Source: Parcubacteria group bacterium | Lineage (GTDB): Bacteria; Patescibacteriota; Minisyncoccia; Phycocordibacterales; UBA2100 | Direction: 5' to 3' | Length of the DNA stretch: 64,000 nt | Assembly (NCBI GenBank): GCA_943358385.1 | Contig: CALRGX010000004.1 | Location: forward strand, 10,610 to 74,609 | Shown: positions 47,412-58,960 of the stretch, piece after piece | Layout of the letters: every line of letters starts with the position of its first letter | Numbering within the stretch: the first letter of the stretch is position 1 | Notes under the pieces: model-generated | Told to the model about the DNA's origin: nothing | What the model saw: the letters and a program-made list of their open reading frames with translations, nothing else | The model's database searches: none | Position numbers and translations under genes: made by a program

Positions 47412-47552
47412 AGTATTCTCCTGCTTTGCTTGTTTCTATATATGCGTTTTTACTAGTATATATTATACTCTTAATTAGAGTATAAGTCAATTATTTGGGC
47501 GCCACATAGTAAGGCGCGGAACCTGTGGTTCCGCGCCTTGGCATGAATGCCG

Positions 47553-48647
47553 TTATACCCTGTGCACATATGACGCAAGGACCACCAGTGCCGGGGTAGC
47601 GCGCAGCTCTTCGCGTACCATGCTATGCACCGTATCGGCAGCAGGAGCGGTTGCGCCCATCAATTTTCCGAACAGTCCTTGAGGGCCTTCTGGCGCCTTG
47701 AAGAACACACAATCCTTCTCAGATTTCCCCAAGAGGGCAATCATCTTGGCGCGCACCTCAGTTGCGTGCATAACATCGTCGATGAGCCCAAGCGCTTTCG
47801 CCTGTGCTGCACCCACCACTCGTGCACCCAACCCTTCGAGCGTTTCAACAGGGATGCCTCGCCCTTCAGCAACCACTGCGCAAAAACGCGCATAGGTACG
47901 ATCAAGCACGGCCCTGAAGTTGGCAACATCACCTTCGTCAGGTCGGACAAAAGGACTGCCAAATGCTTTTCCCTTGCCGGCATACAGAACGTCAGCAGAA
48001 ATGCGCCCCGTGACCGTTTGGCCAAAAAGCCCATTCCCCAATGTACTCACATCTTCGTAGTGCAGGAGTTGCGGACCGATAACACCGATGCTGCCATATA
48101 GAGTTTCGTGCTCAGTACTTATGAAGTCACTGGCACCAATCCCCCACACACCGCCAGAGGCAACCAGATCGAGGCCGTGCGACACGACTTTCTTTCCGGC
48201 AGCTTTGCAAGCGAGGATTCCCTGACGAATGTATTCCGCACCCACGGGGGTTCCACCAGGCGTGTTCCAGTACAGAATAACGCCTGCAATCTTTTCGTTA
48301 GCAGCAACTTCATTCAGAAGCGCCCCCACTGCTGAACCAACGGTGAAAGCTCCGCCCATACTGGGCATACCACCTTTCGTCGTAAGGATCGGGCCATTGA
48401 TGCGTATCTCGTAGATAGCATTCGGCACGCGAACCTTGTCCGGCTTCAATACTTTGTCATTTTTCTTCGCGCTTGATGCTCTTTTCTTGATTAGGCCGCG
48501 CAACAGCAAAGCCACAAAAGCGAGCGCGAAGAGCGTCACGAATGGGTAATGCGCAATGAACGTCCATAGCGCATTCCATATGGATGAGATAAGGGTCACG
48601 CAGTTTCTCCTTCGTTTTGCTTCTAGTCCTTCGCGATGTAACCACAA
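47553..48647 (-). CDS. sppA: signal peptide peptidase SppA (S49 family, 36K type)
   Basis: N-terminal TM, then a ClpP/crotonase-like fold with LVASGGVWGIGA around the putative catalytic Ser. Confidence 0.65.
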   Translation of the reverse strand: MWLHREGLEAKRRRNCVTLISSIWNALWTFIAHYPFVTLFALAFVALLLRGLIKKRASSAKKNDKVLKPDKVRVPNAIYEIRINGPILTTKGGMPSMGGAFTVGSAVGALLNEVAANEKIAGVILYWNTPGGTPVGAEYIRQGILACKAAGKKVVSHGLDLVASGGVWGIGASDFISTEHETLYGSIGVIGPQLLHYEDVSTLGNGLFGQTVTGRISADVLYAGKGKAFGSPFVRPDEGDVANFRAVLDRTYARFCAVVAEGRGIPVETLEGLGARVVGAAQAKALGLIDDVMHATEVRAKMIALLGKSEKDCVFFKAPEGPQGLFGKLMGATAPAADTVHSMVREELRATPALVVLASYVHRV

Positions 48648-49002
48648 TTAGTGGGGCGAATCAATAACGACACGCACCCAAGAAGTGTACGAAAATTCTC
48701 CTTCCATCCGCTCTTAAAAAATACAACCGCCTTGTAGGCGGGTATTTTTTGGAGCCGATGGCGGTAATTTGCTCGCTGCGCTGCGCTTTGAGAACCACTC
48801 GGTTCTCAACGTGTCTCGCTTGCTCGCACTGCTTCCTCGCCCCGAACATACTGTTCGATTCGGGCAGGCTCCACGGAAAATCACCCCAAGAGTGCTTCCG
48901 CACACAGCAAGCTGCGTGTCGAGCGCTACCGTTTCTCCGACCCTTTTCCCTCAATCCCGGCCTTCGGAAATACAAAAACCCCCAAAGGGGTTTTTGTATT
49001 TG

Positions 49003-49075
49003 AGCCGATGGCCGGGATTGAACCGGCGACCTCGTCCTTACCATGGACGCGCTCTACCAGCTGAGCTACATCGGC
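49003..49075 (-). tRNA. tRNA-Thr (anticodon GGU), no encoded CCA
   Basis: Acceptor GCCGATG/CATCGGC, anticodon stem CGTCC/GGACG with loop ATGGTAA, T-loop TTCAATC; a bidirectional terminator lies at 48965-48998. Confidence 0.8.
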
Positions 49076-49254
49076 GAATGAGAAGCGAAATGAAAATATC
49101 ACATATTTGCATTTCCTTCGAATGATGCTGATGAAAACTTCGTTTACATCGGCGAATGAGAAGTGAAACGGACACTCGTGTACACTTTCTTGCAAAAACA
49201 AAACCGTCTACTGACGGTGAACCGAGTATAACACGCACTTCCCTTTTTTCGAGC

Positions 49255-50409
49255 CTACCGCCCACTGACCAGCAGGTTGACGACTTGTGTGAGCAAAGCC
49301 ACCACTTGTGTGTATAAGCCCACTATCACCGCCTCCGTGGTAGTCGTTGGAAGGGCACTTACTAGCTCTACCAGGGCAAGGACTGGCTGAATCAAGGTAG
49401 CTGCGCGCGGAGCCTCTGCTGGGCCTGCAATGGAACCGAGCAGCTCGCTCACCGATGGCGCCGCTACAGCGGGTGTGGCAGTGGGGCGCGGTACCAGTAG
49501 TGTGGCAGCAGCGACAGAAAGTGTCGGCGGCGATACTGTGGCGTAGGCTGAAGGGCTGTAATACCCGTACGGAGAAGCACTATTGATCGACCCCACTGAG
49601 TACGGTGATACGTACTGTGGAGTATTCAACATCTGCAACAAATACGTTCCCGCAACGCTCCCTGCAAAACTAAATGCGGGAGTAAATGTAATGGGCCGCG
49701 GCAGAGCTGATGCTGGCGGCGCGATGACGCCGCTTCCTGGAATAGCTGTGGGCGTCGCAACACCTGGTTTGGCACACGGCCCATCAGCAAGTGTCGGCTC
49801 CATGTGCTGCCTATCGCCCATCCCCAAAGGGAACGAAACTCCGAAGGAAGGAAACGATGCAGCAAAAGCATGAAGCTTAACAAAGTCACCATTCAAAGGA
49901 GTTATGTCGAGGGCCATGCCACGCAAATGGTTCGACCCGCCTTCCACTTGCCCTGTGGCCGCATTAAAGGTTCCCTGCCCTCCACACATTCCCGCGGCAG
50001 CATTACAGACGCACTGTTGCTGTGATTGCGAACGGTATGCGGAGTTGATGCGTACAGGTCCATTGCTGGCAATGAAACTCCTTATGAAGTTTGCGGCACA
50101 AATGGAGAATTGCGCATTCAGCCCGTCAATACTCGCGTTACTTTCCGTACCACATTGACTCGGTGTTTCCTTTGGCAGAGATTTGAGGAATGTTTTTGCC
50201 TCAGCACACTGCGGGAGCGAAAGCAGATTTTGAGTAGCCGTATCAAGGCACATACCCACGGTTATCGTGGTTGCTCCACATGCCTGCAATTGAGCCAGCT
50301 CTGCGGAAGTAATCAGCTGTGCCCCGGGCGGACAAAAGAATTGCTGAGCATGCGCAATGTTCGCAAAAAAGAAAGGTAGGAACATCAGCATGAGTAGCAC
50401 AGCGCGCAT
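49255..50409 (-). CDS. secreted Cys-rich protein with peptidase M15A-like (SxHxxGxAxD) motif and Pro/Thr/Ala-rich C-terminal tail
   Basis: Signal peptide; RINSAYRSQSQQ ... SNHLRGMALDI; low-complexity C-terminus. Confidence 0.5.
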   Translation of the reverse strand: MRAVLLMLMFLPFFFANIAHAQQFFCPPGAQLITSAELAQLQACGATTITVGMCLDTATQNLLSLPQCAEAKTFLKSLPKETPSQCGTESNASIDGLNAQFSICAANFIRSFIASNGPVRINSAYRSQSQQQCVCNAAAGMCGGQGTFNAATGQVEGGSNHLRGMALDITPLNGDFVKLHAFAASFPSFGVSFPLGMGDRQHMEPTLADGPCAKPGVATPTAIPGSGVIAPPASALPRPITFTPAFSFAGSVAGTYLLQMLNTPQYVSPYSVGSINSASPYGYYSPSAYATVSPPTLSVAAATLLVPRPTATPAVAAPSVSELLGSIAGPAEAPRAATLIQPVLALVELVSALPTTTTEAVIVGLYTQVVALLTQVVNLLVSGR

Positions 50410-50485
50410 AACTAAATGCTAGCACGCCAGAAAGGCATTTTTCTTTTGTTTGCTTGTAAGGTCCTTTTTGTATAGAATGCCCAGC

Positions 50486-50556
50486 AGCGGGATAGAGGAA
50501 AGGTACCTCGTCAGGCTCATAACCTGAAGGTGTTGGTTCGACTCCAGCTCCCGCTA
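50486..50556 (+). tRNA. tRNA-Met (anticodon CAU)
   Basis: Acceptor AGCGGGA/TCCCGCT, anticodon stem TCAGG/CCTGA with loop CTCATAA, T-loop TTCGACT; a terminator follows at 50567-50596. Confidence 0.75.
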
Positions 50557-50628
50557 CAAAACACTCAAGACCCGCCTCGGCGGGTCTTGAGTTTGAAGAA
50601 ACACACAATTATTGCTATTCTCTCAGCA

Positions 50629-50702
50629 CGTCGGGGTAGCTCAGCTGGTTAGAGCGAGCGTTTCATAAGCGCTAGGTCGTGGGTTCAAGTCCCACCCTCG
50701 AC
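50629..50702 (+). tRNA. tRNA with CAU anticodon (Met, initiator or Ile2-lysidine type undetermined)
   Basis: GTCGGGGTAGCTCAGCTGGTTAGAGC..., anticodon loop TTCATAA, T-loop TTCAAGT. Confidence 0.75.
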
Positions 50703-50923
50703 ACAAAGAATAGTTGAGCCTGAAGCGTGAGCTTCAGGCGATTACTATTATTGTCGAGGGTGGGACTTGAAAGCCGGAGGCGGGGGTCCCCAAAAGCTTT
50801 TGGGGCGCCGAGGCAGGCTCGTGGAATTTTTCGAGCGACGGCGAGAAAAATATCCCTGAGCAAGCCACCCCTCACCCCACTTTCAATCACCCAGAAGATT
50901 TGCTAGTATAGCTGCACTCCATT

Positions 50924-50997
50924 GCGGGAGTAGCTCAGCTGGTTAGAGCGTCCGCCTGTCACGCGGAAGGTCGCGGGTTCAAGTCCCGTCTCTCGCG
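50924..50997 (+). tRNA. tRNA-Asp (anticodon GUC)
   Basis: GCGGGAGTAGCTCAGCTGGTTAGAGC, anticodon loop CTGTCAC, T-loop TTCAAGT; a terminator hairpin follows at 51011-51037. Confidence 0.8.
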
Positions 50998-51245
50998 CAA
51001 AATGCCAAAACCGAAACAGTTGTTTCGGTTTTGTTGCATTTTGGAGCAAAGAGACAGGACTTGAAAGGCGGAGCCGGTATACAAGACGAGCGCAGCGAGT
51101 GCTTGTCGGCGAGCCCGGGGAGGAAGCACTTAGACTTTTCTGCGTGAGCTAGAAAAGGCTTAGTGACTTGACCCCAAGTCCCGTCTCTCGCTAAACAAAA
51201 GCCCACGATTCTGGGACAAGGCCCGTCTCTCGCGTCATCAATGAC

Positions 51246-52004
51246 CTACACCAAATGAAACTCCCTAAACACCTGCTCAAAGAGCGCAACCACACGCCGT
51301 ACTTCTCGTTCGCTCAAAGATAACGCCGAGCCTTCGTGTGCAATCTTGTTGCGCACCTTATGTGCTTCCCACGCCAAATCAATGGTGCGGAAGTCACTGC
51401 GCTCTACTTGCTTCAGCTTGTCCCCCATGGTGTCACCCTTGTAGCCCTGCGCATCCAAAAGCTCGTCGAGCATAATGTCGGCATCCAAAATCGCATGGCG
51501 CCAATCATTTTCATTGGTTGAATTTGCGTGCTCCAGAATTTTTGCCCAGCGCAGCTGCATTTTACTTGGCCCCGCGTGTGCTGCGTCGCCCGTCTGTTTA
51601 ATCTGATACTTCTTTTTATCTTGATACTTCACCTCCTTGAGCCGCATGTATACGAAAATAATACCCATCGCAAACAGGAGAGAAAAGAACACCGACACTG
51701 GCACCAGAATCCCCCACACCTCTTGAACAGTCGTCGCGATATCTGTTGATGCTGCACTTCCGGCGCGAATGGCATCGAATGCCGCAGGAGCCTGCGCTAC
51801 TAAACTCTCGCGCGCCGGCATGGGCAATTCCTGGAGTATGGCGTTCGCCACGGTTATCTGCTCGTCGTAACGCACATCGCCAGGGACCGGCGTCCCGGTG
51901 AGCACACTGATACTTGCCGGCAACCATCCCAAAAGAACCTGCGATGCTTGCGGGAAAAATAATGCCGAGAGTAAAAGTGCTACGAGCGCACCGCCTGCAA
52001 TCAT
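51246..52004 (-). CDS. membrane-anchored protein with C-terminal HEPN-like (DUF4145-like, R-x4-H-x-G) domain
   Basis: Two N-terminal TM segments; C-terminal WRHAILDADIMLDELL ... HKVRNKIAHEG ... LSEREVRRVVALFEQVF. Confidence 0.45.
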   Translation of the reverse strand: MIAGGALVALLLSALFFPQASQVLLGWLPASISVLTGTPVPGDVRYDEQITVANAILQELPMPARESLVAQAPAAFDAIRAGSAASTDIATTVQEVWGILVPVSVFFSLLFAMGIIFVYMRLKEVKYQDKKKYQIKQTGDAAHAGPSKMQLRWAKILEHANSTNENDWRHAILDADIMLDELLDAQGYKGDTMGDKLKQVERSDFRTIDLAWEAHKVRNKIAHEGSALSLSEREVRRVVALFEQVFREFHLV

Positions 52005-52013
52005 ACGTGTATG

Positions 52014-53426
52014 CTACCGCATCACGGCCTCACATGCAGCCCCTACAGTGAACAGCGCCTGCTCATTGCCATGTGTCGCCATGAATTGAATGCCCACCGG
52101 AAGCTCGTTTCCATCGCGCAACACGGTTTTCATGGGAACGGATATGCCAGGAATTCCTGCAAGATTTACCGGGACGGTGAAAATATCTGCCGCATACATA
52201 GCAAGCGGATCTTCTTTTTCGCCCGCTTTAAACGCCGGTGTTGGTGATGTTGGAGTCGCAATAATATCCACCTCTGCAAATGCGCGAGCAAAATCATTTT
52301 TTATGAGCGCACGTACTGCTTCAGCTTTGCGGTAGTACGCATCCACGTATCCCGAAGAAAGTACGTAGGTACCAATCAGAATGCGTCGGCGCACTTCCTT
52401 GCCGAATCCTTGGCCACGTGTTTTTTTGTAGGTGTCCAATACGTGCTCTCCTGGGACCGCTAGACCAAAACGTACACCATCAAATCGAGCAAGGTTGGTC
52501 GACGCTTCTGCGGGCATCACGATGTAGTAGACCGCGAGCGAATGTGGTACGGCTGGCAGTTCTATATTGCGCACCTCATACCCGGCCGCCGAGAGCAACG
52601 CCAGGCTCTCTTCAAAACGAGCAAGAACATCAGGATCTGTACCTTGGGAAAGAAACGCGCGCGGTACGCCAATGACTTTTGGTTTCTTGTCCACGGCTTT
52701 TTTATCAGGAAGTGAGGTAGCATCGCGCGCATCGTGTCCAGCAATTGCATCAAATATGGTTTGCGTATCTTCTACCGTGTGTGCAAAGGGGCCGATTTGA
52801 TCAAGAGAGGAACCCATCGCAATTGCCCCAAAACGAGACACGCTGCCGTAGGTTCCCTTCATGCCCACAATGCCACAGAGTGCCGCCGGTTGGCGAATTG
52901 ACCCTCCGGTGTCTGTCCCGAGGGCACCAAGACACAAATGTGCTGCCAGAGCAGCGGCAGAGCCGCCTGATGAACCACCCGGTACACGAGCGAGATCATG
53001 TGGGTTTTTGGTGCGCCCGAATGCAGAATTTTCTGTAGAGCCACCCATGGCGAATTCGTCCATGTTCGTACGTCCCAGGAAAACCGCACCCTGCGCTTGT
53101 AGCCGCTCGATAACGTGCGCACTGTATGGTGCGACGTAGCCATCAAGAATTTTTGATGCTGCCGAGACCCGCTTCCCTTTAATTAAAATATTGTCTTTGA
53201 TAGCCAGGGGGATTCCCAAAAGTGGCGTAGACTCCCCTTTTTGGATGCGTGCGTCTGCCGCATCTGCCTGCTCCAACACATCAACAAAGACCTCGAGAAA
53301 GGCGTTCAGTTCAGCGTTCTTTTTTTCTATGCGCGCAAGGAATGCAGCTGCCAAATCGTGTGCTGTAAATTCTTTTGCATCGAGGGCGCGACGCGCTTCC
53401 TTAATGGTGAGTGTTTCTATATCCAT
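52014..53426 (-). CDS. gatA: Asp-tRNA(Asn)/Glu-tRNA(Gln) amidotransferase subunit A
   Basis: Amidase signature GGSSGGSAAALAA...; 470 aa. Confidence 0.9.
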   Translation of the reverse strand: MDIETLTIKEARRALDAKEFTAHDLAAAFLARIEKKNAELNAFLEVFVDVLEQADAADARIQKGESTPLLGIPLAIKDNILIKGKRVSAASKILDGYVAPYSAHVIERLQAQGAVFLGRTNMDEFAMGGSTENSAFGRTKNPHDLARVPGGSSGGSAAALAAHLCLGALGTDTGGSIRQPAALCGIVGMKGTYGSVSRFGAIAMGSSLDQIGPFAHTVEDTQTIFDAIAGHDARDATSLPDKKAVDKKPKVIGVPRAFLSQGTDPDVLARFEESLALLSAAGYEVRNIELPAVPHSLAVYYIVMPAEASTNLARFDGVRFGLAVPGEHVLDTYKKTRGQGFGKEVRRRILIGTYVLSSGYVDAYYRKAEAVRALIKNDFARAFAEVDIIATPTSPTPAFKAGEKEDPLAMYAADIFTVPVNLAGIPGISVPMKTVLRDGNELPVGIQFMATHGNEQALFTVGAACEAVMR

Positions 53427-53431
53427 ACGAA

Positions 53432-55731
<2,300 letters not shown>

Positions 55732-55756
55732 CTAGCACGCGAGCGCTCTCGCCTCA

Positions 55757-56215
55757 CTAGTACGTAAGCTCTACCGCACGCTCGAGCGTACGCGGATTAT
55801 TCACAATGCCAGCGCAAGTGGTGTTGTATCCTCGAGCGTAAATGACCGTGCGCGGGAAGGTCAGGCTTTTCGTAATGGACGCACGCGCACAGTACCCATT
55901 CGGCTCGTATTCAAAAGTGGTGGCGACGCCATATCCGGGAAATTGTATGGTCCCTAAGGTCTGCAGGTCGCAGGTCGCGCCGGAGTACGGTGTAGTAGTG
56001 GCAAAAATGTTGTGGCGCAAATCCCAGTAGAGTGCGCATTCGCTCGCCGTATCTGCCGCATAAAATGCAAACTGTGAGTCACGCCCGAGTGAAGAAAGAA
56101 TAATTTCTTTCTTAATCAAACCGAAGATAGTGGCGCCCAAGAGCAAGAGCAGCGCCGAAGTAAGTGTTGCCAACAGCAAGGTAAACCCACGAGAAGAAGC
56201 GTTCTTATACATCAT
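55757..56215 (-). CDS. pilin-like protein (degenerate prepilin N-terminus RGFTLLL)
   Basis: N-terminal hydrophobic helix after RGFTL; last gene of the minor-pilin block. Confidence 0.5.
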   Translation of the reverse strand: MMYKNASSRGFTLLLATLTSALLLLLGATIFGLIKKEIILSSLGRDSQFAFYAADTASECALYWDLRHNIFATTTPYSGATCDLQTLGTIQFPGYGVATTFEYEPNGYCARASITKSLTFPRTVIYARGYNTTCAGIVNNPRTLERAVELTY

Positions 56216-56757
56216 ATGATGGTACCGTCGAGCACCCAGCGATACAGATTTTCGTGAATGGTGAATGCGCGCTCTTGGAACTTACCGGTCTGCCAACGGA
56301 CCTCAACTGATATTTTTACTTCATCGATATTCCCCCCAACAAATTCTGCACGGACCGTTCGCGTAAAGCGCGTATCCTGCCATCCCCCACCTATGCCGTA
56401 GCCGTAGAATTCGCCATCACTGCGCAACTGGTCACAGGTTCCACTGCACAGTTCCATGTTGTTATCACGTGTGTCGATGGTGAAAGGTTGACCATCGGTA
56501 TTTGGAATACCTTCGAGCAAATCCGTCGATACGCCCTGCGCATTCAAGAGTGCGTTTCCGTCGCGCACGGATCGAATTGCTTCGATTGCCTCTTGTGCTA
56601 AATGAAATGCGGTCACCTGATCACGGGCGTAAAACGCTGAGGAAAGACTTTGCGCGGCTAACGTCATCGGAGCCGCCACGGAAATAACCAGCAGTGACAC
56701 TGCAACCAGCGTTTCAATCAGGGTAAACCCAGCCACGCGTTGTTTCAGATTGTTCAT
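56212..56757 (-). CDS. type IV minor pilin/pseudopilin (prepilin N-terminal methylation domain)
   Basis: AGFTLIETLVAVSLLVI. Confidence 0.65.
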   Translation of the reverse strand: MNNLKQRVAGFTLIETLVAVSLLVISVAAPMTLAAQSLSSAFYARDQVTAFHLAQEAIEAIRSVRDGNALLNAQGVSTDLLEGIPNTDGQPFTIDTRDNNMELCSGTCDQLRSDGEFYGYGIGGGWQDTRFTRTVRAEFVGGNIDEVKISVEVRWQTGKFQERAFTIHENLYRWVLDGTII

Positions 56758-57308
56758 AGGTCGAGAAGCCGCTGTGTTGCGGTAGCTTGAATACTAAACG
56801 TAGTGCGTGTCTTTATTTTCTGCCCCCCTGCTGTTCCCTTGACGGTAATCACCACCTTTGGCTGTACCGCATCACCAACCGTGGTTCCGATGATGTAAAA
56901 ACTAAATGAATCAATATGCACTTCTGGGGCGGTCAGTGAAAAATAGTTGGTACCTCCGTCCTCAGATTTCAATATACGCCCATTCACACTGTCGTACATG
57001 TAGACCCACCTGCTGCCCAAACTATCAGGGTCCGAACCAAATGGCGTAAACGACATGTAATGCGATCCGGTGTCGCAAGGGTTGGTTCCCAGGCTCACGC
57101 CATTGCAGTAATACGACGAACCCATGCGCAAGGAGCGCACCATACCGTCGAGTGCCGTGTTCAAGTTGCCCATCACTGACTGCAGCGCTTGCGCTTTGCG
57201 TGTGGCATCAATCAAGGCCAAGAGTGCACCAGTGGAGATGAGCATGACCACCGCGAAAAGCGCGACCGACACCATCATTTCCACCAATGAAAAGCCGCGT
57301 GTTTTCAT
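56754..57308 (-). CDS. type IV minor pilin/pseudopilin
   Basis: RGFSLVEMMVSVALFAVVML. Confidence 0.65.
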   Translation of the reverse strand: MKTRGFSLVEMMVSVALFAVVMLISTGALLALIDATRKAQALQSVMGNLNTALDGMVRSLRMGSSYYCNGVSLGTNPCDTGSHYMSFTPFGSDPDSLGSRWVYMYDSVNGRILKSEDGGTNYFSLTAPEVHIDSFSFYIIGTTVGDAVQPKVVITVKGTAGGQKIKTRTTFSIQATATQRLLDL

Positions 57309-57309
57309 A

Positions 57310-57873
57310 TTAGTTTTCCCCTATGGAAATCTGCCCGGTCGCTTCAACCAGTATCGAGGCAGTGTCGCCTTGTGGTGAGGTGATTATGACGCGTGCACGC
57401 TGATAGAGCGAGGAGCCACCGTTCATGCGAATGCGCGCGTCAGGCTCTGGTCGCACAAAGACGACCGTCATACGGCCCAAACCACACGTCTCCGCACCAC
57501 TCCCCATCGCTGTCCCGCAGATGTCAGTGATCCTAAATCCACGCCCGATGTTGTATGCCTGTACCAGTTCTGTCGCTTCGTCGTACAGGCCATTGTTGCC
57601 CACCGTGTCTGCAAATAGAAGGTATGACGTGTTTGCGGATGTTCTAAAATCCAATCCATACCCTGCACCAAATTCACCAGCACCGGTACCAAATTTGCGC
57701 ACTGAAATGCCGTAGGTTTGCGCTTCTCGAATAGAGAGGGCGATATCGTAGGCGAGATTCCTGAGGGTTACTACACCACCAAATTTCGCATTGTTGGCGA
57801 GCATGATGGACGTAATCAAGACCATAATGCCAGTGACCACAATCAGCTCAATCAATGTAAAACCGCGCTTCAT
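57310..57873 (-). CDS. type IV minor pilin/pseudopilin (FimT/GspH-like)
   Basis: MKRGFTLIELIVVTGIMVLI; the start is taken at the internal Met, giving an ATGA overlap with pilD. Confidence 0.65.
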   Translation of the reverse strand: MKRGFTLIELIVVTGIMVLITSIMLANNAKFGGVVTLRNLAYDIALSIREAQTYGISVRKFGTGAGEFGAGYGLDFRTSANTSYLLFADTVGNNGLYDEATELVQAYNIGRGFRITDICGTAMGSGAETCGLGRMTVVFVRPEPDARIRMNGGSSLYQRARVIITSPQGDTASILVEATGQISIGEN

Positions 57874-58706
57874 CTGACGAAGGGAAACAAGAACAGGTCT
57901 ATGAGCGGTAGGTGTAGGTGGTAGGTGAGCTGTAGCCATACGATAAAAGCTCCGGAAATGAGAAATGGCCCAAAAGGAACTTCGCTGTTCATTGTAAACC
58001 CCACACGGTACCGCCTCAATCGCGGAGAGACGAGGTACGTGTATAACCGTGCAAAGTGTGGCCACGGCATCAGTATGAACACCGATACAAGTGCACCGAT
58101 AACAAACGCGAGAAAAACCGCTGCAGTGCCATAGAGTGGCCCCAAAAGAGCCCCCATAGAGAGCGCAAGCTTCACGTCACCAAACCCCATCGCCTTGCCG
58201 CTCGTTGCTACCCACAGTAACAAAAGCGGTATGGCGGGCACGGCAGCACCCACCACGAGGTACACCCACTCATTCGGCTGAGTAGCTGCAAAAGCGATTC
58301 CAAAGGCGGCGATGCACGCGGCATACGCCCACCCATCAGGAACGATAGTGTGGCGAATGTCGTAGGTAGAAATAAGAATCCAAAATGCAACGAGAACAAG
58401 AGCGCAGACATGAGCAAATGGAACCAGTGCCATACCGGCAACCGTCGCAAAGCCAAGTGCCGTCACTATTTCAACAAGCGGGTACTGCAGTGAGATGCGG
58501 CTGCCGCAGTGCACACACTGCCGTCGCATCGCCACCCATGACAAGACAGGCACGAGCATCAGTGGTGTGAGCGTTCCTCCACATGACAGACATCCACTTC
58601 TTCCTTGCAATGAGCGCCCAGTAAAACTTCTAAGCGCAACGACGTTTAGAAAGCTGCCGATGATGAGACCGAAAAGCCCGTGCGCAAGAATCCATAATGA
58701 AAACAT
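57870..58706 (-). CDS. pilD: prepilin peptidase (A24 family)
   Basis: N-terminal zinc-binding CxxC...CxxC tetracysteine; polytopic membrane core with conserved Asp residues; 278 aa. Confidence 0.85.
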   Translation of the reverse strand: MFSLWILAHGLFGLIIGSFLNVVALRSFTGRSLQGRSGCLSCGGTLTPLMLVPVLSWVAMRRQCVHCGSRISLQYPLVEIVTALGFATVAGMALVPFAHVCALVLVAFWILISTYDIRHTIVPDGWAYAACIAAFGIAFAATQPNEWVYLVVGAAVPAIPLLLLWVATSGKAMGFGDVKLALSMGALLGPLYGTAAVFLAFVIGALVSVFILMPWPHFARLYTYLVSPRLRRYRVGFTMNSEVPFGPFLISGAFIVWLQLTYHLHLPLIDLFLFPFVR

Positions 58707-58714
58707 GGGTGTAA

Positions 58715-58916
58715 GTATACCCGCACACCTTCACATCCAAAACCAACAATCACCGTGAGCCGAGACTGTGGAACACGAACCACCATCTGCACACGGAGGG
58801 AGAAGGTGTGCGGGTATACCCTTCATTCACATCCAAAACAAACACTCACTGTGCGCGGATACTGAGAGACGCCAACGTTCGATGACCCGCAGAGGGAGAA
58901 GGTGTGCGGGTGCGCA
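58715..58916. repeat. 18-bp perfect inverted repeat (58715-58732 / 58803-58820) embedded in a ~94-bp tandem duplication, between pilA and pilD
   Basis: GTATACCCGCACACCTTC ... GAAGGTGTGCGGGTATAC; GGGAGAAGGTGTGCGGGT repeated at 58798 and 58894; CACATCCAAAAC repeated at 58733 and 58827. Confidence 0.7.
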
Positions 58917-58925
58917 TACGATAAT

Positions 58926-58960
58926 AAAAGAAAACCCGCCAGAGGCGGGTGTTTCTTTAC
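58926..58960 (-). terminator. rho-independent terminator after pilA (CCCGCC-TCT-GGCGGG + TTTTCTTTT on minus strand)
   Basis: Hairpin plus U-tract 10 nt after the pilA stop. Confidence 0.65.

Noticed and set aside
48661-49125. 127-aa minus-strand and 118-aa plus-strand ORFs
   Set aside because: They run across tRNA-Thr(GGU), its terminators and the repeat element. They are Arg/Pro-rich with no coding periodicity, so the region is treated as noncoding.
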